A stretch of 64,000 nucleotides of DNA from Bacteroidales bacterium. GTDB taxonomy: Bacteria; Bacteroidota; Bacteroidia; Bacteroidales; UBA12077. Shown piece after piece: positions 46,445-55,908 of the stretch. Within the stretch, counting starts at the first letter, position 1; each line of letters starts with the position of its first letter. The stretch lies in assembly GCA_022360575.1 (NCBI GenBank), contig JAKSCO010000351.1, positions 2,949 to 66,948 on the forward strand, written 5' to 3'. The notes below the pieces were generated by a model. That model searched no databases. It was not told where the DNA came from and saw only the letters and a list, made by a program, of their open reading frames with translations. A program made the translations under genes and the position numbers.

Positions 46445-47602
46445 TTATTTACTAGTTATTATCGATTTTGTATATTCTCTTGTTATTTTATCTGTTTCAA
46501 TCAAATCATCTAAATTAGGATTTGTTATATAGTTTATTTTGGTCATCGCTTTTTCGATATAATCTGTCATCTCGCAAAAACCAATTTCATCCTTTAAAAA
46601 AGCACCTACAACAATTTCGTTTGCTGCATTTAATATACAAGGCATATTCCCACATTTATCCATTGCACTGAAAGCCAAAGATAAATTTTTAAAATTTTTC
46701 ATATCTGGTTTCTGAAAAGTCAACTCTGGATAATCGAAAAAACTAAACCTCGGGAAATTTGTTTCAAGTCGTTCAGGAAAACCTAATGCATATAAAATTG
46801 GAAGTTTCATATCAGGAAGTCCCATTTGTGCCTTAATCGATCCATCGCAAAACTGAACAGCCGAGTGTATTATCGATTGTGGATGAATAACAACATCAAT
46901 CTGGTTGGGATTTAAATCGAACAACCAGCGAGCTTCGATAGCCTCAAGCCCTTTATTCATTAGACTTGCCGAATCGATAGTTATTTTAGCCCCCATATCC
47001 CAATTAGGATGCTTTAAGGCATTTGTTTTAGTTACTGTTTTCAGAAATTCAATATCTTTTCCGACAAAAGGACCTCCGGATGCTGTTAAATATATCTTCT
47101 CAATTTTATTCTGTCCTTCGCCAACAAGACACTGAAAAATAGCCGAATGTTCCGAATCAACCGGGAAAATATTTACTCTATTTTCAAGAGCCAAATTCTG
47201 TATTATTTTACCAGCAACAACAAGAGTCTCTTTATTTGCCAATGCAATTGTTTTTTTCGATTTTATTGCATTTATAGTAGGCAATAAGCCCGAATATCCA
47301 ACCATTGCTGTTAAAACAATATCAACTGTATCCATTTCTACAATCTGAGAAATAGCGTCGCTTCCTGCATATACCTTTATAGGCAACAATCCTATAGCAT
47401 TAACTAAATCGTCATATTTATCTTCATTCCCAATAACAATCGTATTAGGATTAAATTCTTTAGCCTGTTTTATTAATAAATCAATATTATTGTATGCGGT
47501 TAATACTTCTACTTGGAAATAATCAGGATGTTTTCTAATAACTTCTAAGGCCTGAGTTCCGATCGATCCAGTCGATCCAAGTATTGCAATTCTCTTCTTC
47601 AT
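46445..47602 (-). CDS. dxr: 1-deoxy-D-xylulose-5-phosphate reductoisomerase
   Basis: 385 aa. NADPH motif LGSTGSIGTQAL, plus LANKE, DSEHSA and HPNW motifs. Confidence 0.96.
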   Translation of the reverse strand: MKKRIAILGSTGSIGTQALEVIRKHPDYFQVEVLTAYNNIDLLIKQAKEFNPNTIVIGNEDKYDDLVNAIGLLPIKVYAGSDAISQIVEMDTVDIVLTAMVGYSGLLPTINAIKSKKTIALANKETLVVAGKIIQNLALENRVNIFPVDSEHSAIFQCLVGEGQNKIEKIYLTASGGPFVGKDIEFLKTVTKTNALKHPNWDMGAKITIDSASLMNKGLEAIEARWLFDLNPNQIDVVIHPQSIIHSAVQFCDGSIKAQMGLPDMKLPILYALGFPERLETNFPRFSFFDYPELTFQKPDMKNFKNLSLAFSAMDKCGNMPCILNAANEIVVGAFLKDEIGFCEMTDYIEKAMTKINYITNPNLDDLIETDKITREYTKSIITSK

Positions 47603-47626
47603 TCTTCTTCCCTACTTTATAATCAG

Positions 47627-48490
47627 CTAAAAGGCAATATAATCTTCAGCATTAACGGGATTTCCGTTATGCCACAACTCAAAATGTAAATGAGGGCCAC
47701 TGGTTACTTCGCCCGAATTCCCTATAATTGCAATAGCCTCTCCTGCTTTCACATGGCTTCCTGTTTTTTTAAGGATTTCCGAATTGTGTCGATATATAGA
47801 TATTAAATTATTTGCATGCTGTATTTGTATTACATAACCTGTTTCTAACGTCCAATTTGCTAATATAATAGTCCCATCTAATGTTGCAGAAACAACCTTG
47901 TTTGAGGCAGCAACAATGTCTGTTCCAAAATGACTCTCGCGTGGATTAAACGAATTTGTAACCAATCCTTTTACTGGTGGAAAAAAATGAATACTCGAAA
48001 AATCCGTATTCGTCGATTTTTCCGGAAACATTGATAAATTAAACATTTCTTCTTCTTCTATTTGTTGTCTTAACAACGAATCGTGCTCCGATTTATCAAA
48101 AGTTATTTCCTTATACTGTATCGTTGAGTCTTGCTTGTTTTCGTAGCTATATGGAGTTTCACCTCTAATAATAGCATTTATACTATTGAAATATCTGTCG
48201 CGTATTTTTAATTCACGTTCTAAAGAATCAAGCTTATAAACATTATTTGTAATATTACGCCTCATATTTCCATCGGGATATCCAGGAATAAATTCTCGAA
48301 TAGGAGTAAAAGCGATCAAAACTGTAACTCCTGTTATTAATAAAATTATAATAGAGCCAATAATAGAAAATAGGTTTAATCTTGAAAGACGTAAGAAACC
48401 TACTTCTTCAAAAGTATTGTCATTATATATTATCAAACGATACTTATGTCTTAACTTATTAACAATGTGTTGCTTTTTTTCTTTAGCCAT
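47627..48490 (-). CDS. M23-family metallopeptidase (LytM-type), membrane-anchored
   Basis: The track ORF extends to GTG 48619. I prefer the ATG at 48490 (MAKEKKQH). One TM helix, then HFGTD...H.N...Y.H......G...G..G.SG..TGPHLHFE, the M23 zinc signature. Confidence 0.85.
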   Translation of the reverse strand: MAKEKKQHIVNKLRHKYRLIIYNDNTFEEVGFLRLSRLNLFSIIGSIIILLITGVTVLIAFTPIREFIPGYPDGNMRRNITNNVYKLDSLERELKIRDRYFNSINAIIRGETPYSYENKQDSTIQYKEITFDKSEHDSLLRQQIEEEEMFNLSMFPEKSTNTDFSSIHFFPPVKGLVTNSFNPRESHFGTDIVAASNKVVSATLDGTIILANWTLETGYVIQIQHANNLISIYRHNSEILKKTGSHVKAGEAIAIIGNSGEVTSGPHLHFELWHNGNPVNAEDYIAF

Positions 48491-48702
48491 CGATAAATTC
48501 TTTTTGCAAAGATAAAAGTTTTCAATTAAGAAAACAGGTGATTTAAGCACACTAAAATAGTTTAAACAAATAAACAAACCGAAAAAAACTTTCAAAAAAT
48601 AATTATCCGCAACAGACACTGAATATCAATACCGTAATTACACCCAAAACCATTATTTTAAATTATTTTTTCAAATAGTTTTGTTTTTCTAATAAAAACG
48701 TA

Positions 48703-48710
48703 TACATTTG
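48703..48710 (+). promoter_or_regulatory. -7 promoter box (TACATTTG) with a -33 TTTG at 48680-48683, upstream of the initiator tRNA
   Basis: Matches TAnnTTTG with a 19-nt spacer to an upstream TTTG. It ends 46 nt before the tRNA. Confidence 0.45.
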
Positions 48711-48756
48711 CAACCGCAATAAAGAGATAACGTCATTAAGACATATAAAGATATAT

Positions 48757-48829
<73 letters not shown>

Positions 48830-48836
48830 CTAAAAA

Positions 48837-48864
48837 AAGCGAATCAAATTTGATTCGCTTTTTT
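48837..48864. terminator. bidirectional terminator shared by the tRNA (plus strand) and rfbB (minus strand)
   Basis: AAGCGAATCAA / TTGATTCGCTT palindrome flanked by an A-run upstream and a T-run downstream. Confidence 0.85.
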
Positions 48865-48883
48865 CATATAACAGCAATTCTTA

Positions 48884-49942
48884 TTATCGTTTATAATATT
48901 GTTCTTCATAATATTTTTGATAATTACCCGAAGTAATATTTTTCATCCATAACGAATTCTTAAGATACCAATCAACTGTTTTATTCAATCCTTCCTCAAA
49001 TTGCAAAGATGGATTCCACCCTAGCTCATTTTGTATTTTTGATGAATCAATTGCATATCGCAAATCATGACCAGCTCTATCTTTAACAAAAGTTATTAGC
49101 TGCTCCGACTCTCCCTCTTCGCGCCCCAACTTCTCATTCATAATTTTACAAAGTACTCGAATAAGATCAATATTAGTCCACTCGTTATTACCTCCAATAT
49201 TATATGTTTCTCCTTTTTTCCCTTTATGAAAAACCAGATCAATTGCATTTGCATGATCCTCTACAAACAACCAATCGCGAATATTCTCACCCTTGCCATA
49301 TATAGGAATTGATTTCTTCTCGCGAATATTATTAATTGCTAGCGGAATTAATTTCTCAGGAAATTGATTAGGTCCATAGTTATTCGAACAATTTGTAATA
49401 ACTACAGGCAAATTAAATGTATGATAATATGCTCGAACTAAATGATCAGAACTTGCCTTAGATGCAGAATACGGACTTCGTGGCGAATATGAAGTTTCTT
49501 CAACAAAAAAACCTTCTTCACCTAACGAACCATAAACTTCATCGGTTGATATATGATAAAATAATTTATTATCTATTTCATCTTTCCAAAAAGTTCTAGC
49601 TGCATTTAGCAAATTAACTGTTCCTACTATATTCGTTTTTATAAATTCACTCGGATTTGAAATAGAGCGATCAACATGAGACTCGGCAGCCAAATGAATT
49701 ACTCCATCAAATTTATATTTATCAAATAAATCAAATACAAATTCATCATCAACAATATCCCCTTTTATAAACTCGTAATTTGCTAACGTTTCAATGTCAT
49801 CCAAATTCTGTAAATTTCCTGCATAAGTAAGTTTATCTAAATTTACAATTTTATAATTGGGGTATTTATTAACAAACAACCGAACCACATGCGATCCAAT
49901 AAACCCTGCTCCTCCTGTAACTAAAATTGTTTTTTCTGCCAT
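48884..49942 (-). CDS. rfbB: dTDP-glucose 4,6-dehydratase
   Basis: 352 aa. NAD motif TGGAGFIGSH, catalytic YSASKASSDH (YxxxK) and the STDEVYG motif. Confidence 0.94.
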   Translation of the reverse strand: MAEKTILVTGGAGFIGSHVVRLFVNKYPNYKIVNLDKLTYAGNLQNLDDIETLANYEFIKGDIVDDEFVFDLFDKYKFDGVIHLAAESHVDRSISNPSEFIKTNIVGTVNLLNAARTFWKDEIDNKLFYHISTDEVYGSLGEEGFFVEETSYSPRSPYSASKASSDHLVRAYYHTFNLPVVITNCSNNYGPNQFPEKLIPLAINNIREKKSIPIYGKGENIRDWLFVEDHANAIDLVFHKGKKGETYNIGGNNEWTNIDLIRVLCKIMNEKLGREEGESEQLITFVKDRAGHDLRYAIDSSKIQNELGWNPSLQFEEGLNKTVDWYLKNSLWMKNITSGNYQKYYEEQYYKR

Positions 49943-49982
49943 TGTATTCTTCCTTCCAATATTTGACTACATTAATTATAAC

Positions 49983-51017
49983 TTAATCTTTAATATTTCT
50001 TATCCTCTTTTCCCAATTCCATGCCGATAATAAAGTTTTATCTAAACCTTCCTTAGCCTTCCACCCAAGCTCTTCGTTAGCATATCTGATTTCGGCATAT
50101 ACCGACTCAACATCTCCTTCTCTTCGATTAACTATACTATAATTTAATTTTTGTCCCGTTACATTTTCAAAAGTATTCACTATTTCTAAAACCGAAGAGC
50201 CCTTTCCTGTCCCCAAATTAAACACTTCTAAATTATGTTTCGAATTTTTCTCTATCATCCTCAAAATAGAAACAACATGAGCTTTAGCCAAATCAACTAC
50301 ATTAATGTAATCTCTGATAGCAGACCCATCTGGTGTATTATAATCATCACCAAATACCTTAAGCTCATCTCTAACCCCAGCTGCAGTTTGTGTTATAAAA
50401 GGAACTAAATTATTTGGAACACCACGAGGCAATTCTCCAATTAAAGCACTTGGATGCGCCCCTATAGGATTGAAATAGCGCAAAGAAATAGCAAAAAACT
50501 CTGGATTTGATTTAACAACATCTCTTATTATCTCTTCTGCTATTTGTTTCGTATTTCCATACGGAGAATCTGCGGGTTTGAATGGCGCCTGCTCATTAAC
50601 AGGAAGCTTATCTGGCTGTCCATAAACTGTAGCCGATGAAGAAAATACCAGATTAGATACATTAAATTGAATCATTCTATTAAGCAAATTCATTAAGCCT
50701 ACAAGGTTATTCTGATAATACATCAAAGGTTTTTCTACCGATTCGCCAACAGCTTTAAAAGCAGCAAAATGAATAACTGCATCTACTTTCTTATATATGT
50801 TAAAGAACTTTTCAAGTTTCTCTTCATCACAAATATCAAATTGCTCAAAATAGGGTCTTTTACCTGTAATTTTCTCTATACGATCTAAAATCTCTTTATC
50901 CGAATTCGACAAATTGTCAATTATAACTACATCAAAACCTGAATTTAATAACTCAACAGTAGTATGTGAACCAATGTATCCCGTTCCTCCTGTTACTAAT
51001 ATTAATCTATTATTCAT
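49983..51017 (-). CDS. galE: UDP-glucose 4-epimerase
   Basis: 344 aa. TGGTGYIGSH, catalytic YGNTKQIAEE (YxxxK) and a RYFNPIGAH motif typical of GalE. Confidence 0.92.
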   Translation of the reverse strand: MNNRLILVTGGTGYIGSHTTVELLNSGFDVVIIDNLSNSDKEILDRIEKITGKRPYFEQFDICDEEKLEKFFNIYKKVDAVIHFAAFKAVGESVEKPLMYYQNNLVGLMNLLNRMIQFNVSNLVFSSSATVYGQPDKLPVNEQAPFKPADSPYGNTKQIAEEIIRDVVKSNPEFFAISLRYFNPIGAHPSALIGELPRGVPNNLVPFITQTAAGVRDELKVFGDDYNTPDGSAIRDYINVVDLAKAHVVSILRMIEKNSKHNLEVFNLGTGKGSSVLEIVNTFENVTGQKLNYSIVNRREGDVESVYAEIRYANEELGWKAKEGLDKTLLSAWNWEKRIRNIKD

Positions 51018-51169
51018 TTATAATTCAATGTTTAATATTTGGCTAATTTAACCATATAATTTCGAAATGAATAATAAAAAAATGTTAACGACCAATCATG
51101 AATAGGAGTTTCAATGCTACAATCAAAATCATAATTTTATCTATATTTGTTTCGAAATAAAACATTTTT

Positions 51170-52153
51170 TTGAAAATACAGAACTACATAAAAGAATTAT
51201 TAACAAAGAATCAGGGTGTTATTATCCCTAGATTAGGAGGTTTCTTATCAGAATACGAATCAGCAGTATTCGATAAAGAAAAAAATCAATTTCTACCTCC
51301 TTGTTTAAAAATAAGCTTTAATCCTAAATACACCTACCAAGACAACTCTCTTATTGATTTTATCTCGAAAAAAGAACAAATAAGTAAATCAGAAGCAACA
51401 AAAAAACTAAATGATTTTAGCTCTGAAATAAAGACTACCTTAAATAGTGGGAATAAATTTTATTTCCCTGAAATAGGCGAACTATATAAGAACACTCGAA
51501 GCGAAATTGTTTTTCAGCAACAAAAAGATTCTAATCTACTAACCAATTCGTTTGGCTTACACAATGTAAAAACCAACCCAATAATTAATTTAAATCATAG
51601 AGAAAATATCACACAGCAAACACCACAACCTAAGAAAAAAATAAAAAAAATAATCATTATTAGTTTGCTGATTATTCTGTTGGGTGCTATAACTTCTTTC
51701 TTATTCTTCCCTCAAAAACTTATTAAATCAAAAGTATTTCACACTTCTAAAAAACTGAACAACCACACAGCAAGTAAACATAGAATAAAAATAGACAACA
51801 TAGCCAACAACGATAGCATAAAAGCTTTAATTAACCAGTCTATTGATAATAATACAAATAAAAAAGATGCTTTATTCTATACTCCCCCTTCAAATAATTC
51901 GAACAATTTTGATTTAACTACAACTTCTAAATTTCATATTATTGTAGGAAGTTTTAAACGTATAGAAAATGCCAATAAATTTGCTCAGGAAATAGAACTT
52001 AAGGGATATAGGACTAAAGTTATTCAATCAGGGAAAAATTTATTCCGTATATCAATCTTCTCTTTTAACGACGAAACTATTGCCTTAAAAAAACTATATT
52101 CTTTAAGAGACAGTTCAAATCTTAAATCGGTTTGGGTACTAAAAGAAATATAA
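51170..52153 (+). CDS. HU-like N-terminal domain / SPOR C-terminal domain protein
   Basis: 327 aa from a TTG start. The N-terminus IIPRLGGFLSEYESAVFD...FLPP matches the HU-CCDC81-like bacterial domain. A central TM follows. The C-terminus FHIIVGSFKRIENANKFAQEIELKGYRTKV is SPOR-like. Confidence 0.75.
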   Translation: MKIQNYIKELLTKNQGVIIPRLGGFLSEYESAVFDKEKNQFLPPCLKISFNPKYTYQDNSLIDFISKKEQISKSEATKKLNDFSSEIKTTLNSGNKFYFPEIGELYKNTRSEIVFQQQKDSNLLTNSFGLHNVKTNPIINLNHRENITQQTPQPKKKIKKIIIISLLIILLGAITSFLFFPQKLIKSKVFHTSKKLNNHTASKHRIKIDNIANNDSIKALINQSIDNNTNKKDALFYTPPSNNSNNFDLTTTSKFHIIVGSFKRIENANKFAQEIELKGYRTKVIQSGKNLFRISIFSFNDETIALKKLYSLRDSSNLKSVWVLKEI

Positions 52154-52307
52154 TCCACTCCTTATTTTTTTAATCGACTTTTTCTAATAATTACACCCAG
52201 AACCAGCACAATCTGAAAGAATAAATATTTCATTATAGGAATATCGTATGTAAAATACCAATACTTAGGTATTGTATACCACAAATAAAACTAAGACTTT
52301 TGTTTCT

Positions 52308-52685
52308 ATGAAATATTTGAGGAGTAATATATTTTCATATTTGTTTTTTGCAATAACAATGTGTATTGCAGGATCAATTGTATTGAATAATATTTTATAC
52401 ACACATATTCATAAATTAAACAACGGACAAGTTATTGTCCACTCTCATCCATACAATAAATCGCAAGAGAATAAACCAGAAGCTACACATCAACATACTG
52501 ATTCGGAATTATTTGTTCTACAAAGCTTAGCTCTATTAATCTCTTATATAACAGTATCGATATCATTTTATTCTACAGTAAAAATATTAAGTAGGCTCTT
52601 TAAGTTTCTTAACTTATATCTTTCAGAAAATCTCAGAATCATAAAAGAAAGAGCTCCTCCAACATTTTACATCCTAGAGAAATAA
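52308..52685 (+). CDS. small membrane protein with a His-rich loop
   Basis: The track ORF starts at TTG 52272. I prefer ATG 52308 (MKYLRSNIF). Two hydrophobic helices flank THIHKLNNGQVIVHSHPYNKSQENKPEATHQHTD, which contains six His. Confidence 0.5.
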   Translation: MKYLRSNIFSYLFFAITMCIAGSIVLNNILYTHIHKLNNGQVIVHSHPYNKSQENKPEATHQHTDSELFVLQSLALLISYITVSISFYSTVKILSRLFKFLNLYLSENLRIIKERAPPTFYILEK

Positions 52686-52726
52686 ACAACTTATAACATT
52701 CTCTTTACTATTATCTAAAAAAGTTT

Positions 52727-52782
52727 GCCTGTAAGACATTTAGTTTAATATTTCAGTTTTGATTTTGCCCATACTTACAGGC
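52727..52782 (+). terminator. long-loop hairpin followed by a T-run between the His-rich protein gene and the hemerythrin-like gene
   Basis: GCCTGTAAG / CTTACAGGC 9-bp stem with a 38-nt loop, followed by AGCTTTTT. It may act as a terminator or as a leader structure. Confidence 0.35.
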
Positions 52783-52848
52783 AGCTTTTTAGAAAAAAAT
52801 CCTTTAACGAAAGAAGTATTAATAACAATAAAAGAAAAGTATTAACAA

Positions 52849-53601
52849 ATGAAACAAAAAATACTCTTTACTACTAAATCAAAAATGGCAGATGTCATAC
52901 ACACAAATTATGGACTAATACCCATAATTAGTCGGTTTGGCATCGAGTTTGGATTTGGGAATAAAACCATCGAGGAAGTTTGTTCTGATAAAAGCATCAA
53001 TGTATGGTTTGTTCTCGAAATAATAAATTCATATCATAATGATAATTACTTCCCTGAAAAAAAACTACAAGACTTCTCTACCAAATTAATTATTGATTAT
53101 TTAAGCAACACTCATAGTTATTATTTAGACAATAAGATTATCGAAATTCAAGATTACATTAATGAAATGGAACTAGCAGCTTCGATTCATAATCTTCAAA
53201 ACATAAAACTATTGAATGATTTTTTCTCAGAATATCGAGAGGAATTAAAACAACATTTAGGCAAAGAAGACAAATTGATATTTCCATATATTAAAAACTT
53301 AGAAAAGATTTCAGAATCGGGAAAAATAACAAAAGAAATTGTTGATCAAATAAAAGAGAATTCTATCGAAAAATACGAAAAAACACACGACAATTTAGAA
53401 GTAAAACTGAGTGACTTGAAAAATTTGATCATAAAATTTATTCCTCCGGTTTTATGCCCTGAAATTTGTCAAAAGCTCTTAATTGAGTTATTTCGGTTAG
53501 AATCAGACTTACAAAATCACGCAAATATTGAAGAAAAAGTATTAATCCCAAAGGTAAAACTCCTCGAAAAGAAAATTCTGAAACAAAGTGAAAACAAATA
53601 A
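52849..53601 (+). CDS. hemerythrin-domain protein of the RIC/ScdA type (di-iron repair or sensor protein-like)
   Basis: 250 aa. The N-terminus MADVIHTNYGLIPIISRFGIEFGFGNKTIEEVC resembles the ScdA_N domain. It is followed by helices with ligand-like H/E positions (NTHSYY, QHLGKED, THDNLE, NHANIEEK). Confidence 0.6.
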   Translation: MKQKILFTTKSKMADVIHTNYGLIPIISRFGIEFGFGNKTIEEVCSDKSINVWFVLEIINSYHNDNYFPEKKLQDFSTKLIIDYLSNTHSYYLDNKIIEIQDYINEMELAASIHNLQNIKLLNDFFSEYREELKQHLGKEDKLIFPYIKNLEKISESGKITKEIVDQIKENSIEKYEKTHDNLEVKLSDLKNLIIKFIPPVLCPEICQKLLIELFRLESDLQNHANIEEKVLIPKVKLLEKKILKQSENK

Positions 53602-54190
53602 AATCATAAAAGTTGCTATTGCATCAAATAATTATATTTATAATTTGGGTATTAAAACAATTCTAAGTGTTATTGGTATAAAACCCGAACTATTTGAAAT
53701 AAACACAACAAAAGAGTTAAGAAATTTAATAATAGAACGAGACAGCCCAATCTATTTAATAATTAATGAAGATATTTTTAATAGTAACTTAGAACAAGAA
53801 TTATATAAAGTAAAAAACTTAGCTTCAGATTGTCCTCTGTTGCTTTTTAAAAACAACCAAACTAAAATATGCCATAGCATGGCTTGTATCTCTTATGATG
53901 AAAACCAAAGAGAAATATTACGCAAACTTGAAGATTTCTTCTTTTCAAATGATGTAAACAAAAAAACCGAAAGTTCTATTTTAAGCGAAAGAGAATTAGA
54001 TATACTAAAAGAAGTTGCTTTAGGCTTATCAAACAAAGAAATCGCCGAAAAACTTTTTATCAGCATTAATACTGTCATTACTCATAGAAAAAATATTACC
54101 GAGAAATTAGGAATAAAAACAATTGCCGGGTTAACTATTTATGCAATATTAAATGGAATAATCAATCCCAAACAAGTAAATAATAACTGA
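53588..54190 (+). CDS. LuxR/FixJ-type HTH regulator with an atypical (pseudo-)receiver domain
   Basis: 200 aa. The GTG start lies 14 nt inside the preceding gene. The C-terminus LSERELDILKEVALGLSNKEIAEKLFISINTVITHRKNITEKLG is a LuxR HTH. The N-terminal receiver-like region has SNN where the acidic DD pair normally sits. Confidence 0.8.
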   Translation: MKTNKIIKVAIASNNYIYNLGIKTILSVIGIKPELFEINTTKELRNLIIERDSPIYLIINEDIFNSNLEQELYKVKNLASDCPLLLFKNNQTKICHSMACISYDENQREILRKLEDFFFSNDVNKKTESSILSERELDILKEVALGLSNKEIAEKLFISINTVITHRKNITEKLGIKTIAGLTIYAILNGIINPKQVNNN

Positions 54191-54429
54191 TGTAAATATT
54201 TTTTAAAAACTCTTTTCATATACTATACTCTTAAAAGATAAAAATACTCCTCACAACAATAATATCGGGGATGTCATTAAAAATAAGGCTGTAAAATATA
54301 GTTTTCTAAGCTATAAATCATTTCATAATTAATAATAAAAAATTACAATACGGATTAAACTTATAATGAATAAGGTAATCAGATTATTGTAAAATATTGA
54401 ACCAATTTTTGTTTTATCGCGTATTATAT

Positions 54430-54437
54430 TACATTTG
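54430..54437 (+). promoter_or_regulatory. -7 promoter box (TACATTTG) with a -33 TTTG at 54408-54411, upstream of the TetR gene
   Basis: Matches TAnnTTTG with an 18-nt spacer to the upstream TTTG. It ends 33 nt before the ATG at 54471. Confidence 0.4.
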
Positions 54438-54470
54438 AAATATCAACACTAATTATAAATACTTAAAGGG

Positions 54471-55076
54471 ATGATTAAAGAACATATCTTAGAGAAACAA
54501 AAACGAGTAAGGCAAAAAATAATTGTAGTAGCGTCGTCTGTTTTTAATAAATACGGATTCAAAAAAGCAACCATCGAAGACATTGCTAAAACTGCCGGAA
54601 TGGGTAAAAGTTCTATCTATTATTACTTTAAAAGCAAAGAAGATATTTTCGAAGCTGTTGTTGAACAAGAAGCCATAGAACTAAATTTAGAATTAACTGA
54701 AAAGGTTATTAATACAAACGATAACCCAAAAGAAAAAGTAAAAAATTATGTTTTAATTCGAATGAAGTTTCTAAAAGAAATGGTTAACTTTTTCGAAGCT
54801 CTTAAAGATGATTATCTAAGAAACCTTCCCTTTACCATTAGAATTCGCAAAAAATACGACAAACAAGAACAACAAATGCTTTCTAAAATTTTTAACGAAG
54901 GAGTTAGTCAAGATATTTTTTATTTAAATAATATCGAATTTACAGCTCTAGCTCTAGTTACATTTCTAAAAGGATTAGAAAGTTCTTTAATAATCAACGA
55001 AGAAATGGAATATGCTGATCTAGAAGAAAACTTAGATCGAATTTTAGAAGTTATTTTTCACGGAATACTTAAATAA
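54471..55076 (+). CDS. TetR/AcrR family transcriptional regulator
   Basis: 201 aa. HTH segment GFKKATIEDIAKTAGMGKSSIYYYFKSKEDIF. Confidence 0.85.
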   Translation: MIKEHILEKQKRVRQKIIVVASSVFNKYGFKKATIEDIAKTAGMGKSSIYYYFKSKEDIFEAVVEQEAIELNLELTEKVINTNDNPKEKVKNYVLIRMKFLKEMVNFFEALKDDYLRNLPFTIRIRKKYDKQEQQMLSKIFNEGVSQDIFYLNNIEFTALALVTFLKGLESSLIINEEMEYADLEENLDRILEVIFHGILK

Positions 55077-55207
55077 AAAACTCTGTTATAGCAATCATAT
55101 CCGAATTGTAAAGCTAACCCATAAAATTATAAGCTTAAGTTATATTAATTAAGCTTGTATAGCTATACAATAAGTTATAAATCCCAATAATTCTAAAATA
55201 AAAACCG

Positions 55208-55879
55208 ATGAAACGATATGTTATAATTGTAGCTGGAGGGTCAGGACAACGAATGAAAAGTTCGATTCCTAAACAGTTTTTAGAAATTAATACCGAAATA
55301 ATTCTAATGAGAAGCATTAGAGCTTTCTTCAATTACGATTCATCCATTTCGATTATTCTTGTTTTACCCGAAAATCAATTCGACTATTGGCAAAAGTTGT
55401 GCGACAAATATCAATTTAAGATAAACCATAAACTTATAACTGGAGGTGAAACTCGATTTCATTCAGTAAAAAATGGTTTACAAGCTGTCGATTCTGAAGG
55501 TTTTGTAGCGATACACGATGGAGTACGTCCTTTAATTGACAAATCGACAATTGATACCATTTACAAAACAGCTGTAGAAAAAGGCAATGCAATACCCTAC
55601 ATCGATTGCAACAACTCTGTTCGGATAGAACAGAATAACACAAATCAAATTATTGATCGGAATAAAATAAAATTAATTCAAACTCCTCAAGCTTTTGACA
55701 CCAAAATAATCCTAGAAGCATATAAGCAAAACTGGGACGAATCATTTACTGATGATGCCAGTGTTGTCGAAAAATTAGGTTATAAAATTAATTTAGTTAA
55801 AGGCAATAAAAGAAACATCAAGATAACTACAAAAATTGATCTTATAGTTGCAAAAGCAATACTATCAGAAGATAAATAA
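55208..55879 (+). CDS. ispD: 2-C-methyl-D-erythritol 4-phosphate cytidylyltransferase
   Basis: 223 aa. N-terminus VIIVAGGSGQRM...PKQFL plus VAIHDGVRP and QTPQAF motifs. Confidence 0.93.
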   Translation: MKRYVIIVAGGSGQRMKSSIPKQFLEINTEIILMRSIRAFFNYDSSISIILVLPENQFDYWQKLCDKYQFKINHKLITGGETRFHSVKNGLQAVDSEGFVAIHDGVRPLIDKSTIDTIYKTAVEKGNAIPYIDCNNSVRIEQNNTNQIIDRNKIKLIQTPQAFDTKIILEAYKQNWDESFTDDASVVEKLGYKINLVKGNKRNIKITTKIDLIVAKAILSEDK

Positions 55880-55908
55880 TTACAGTAAATACTATTTTCT
55901 ATCACTAT

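Noticed and set aside
48491-48619. N-terminal extensions proposed by the ORF track from TTG/GTG starts: M23 peptidase 48619, asnS 58267, susD 40204, sigma factors 34189 and 34861, GbsR/MarR 12009 and His-rich protein 52272
   Set aside because: In each case an in-frame ATG slightly downstream gives an N-terminus typical of the family, such as a signal peptide, a lipobox or a conserved start. The extension adds only non-conserved residues. Start sites remain unverified.
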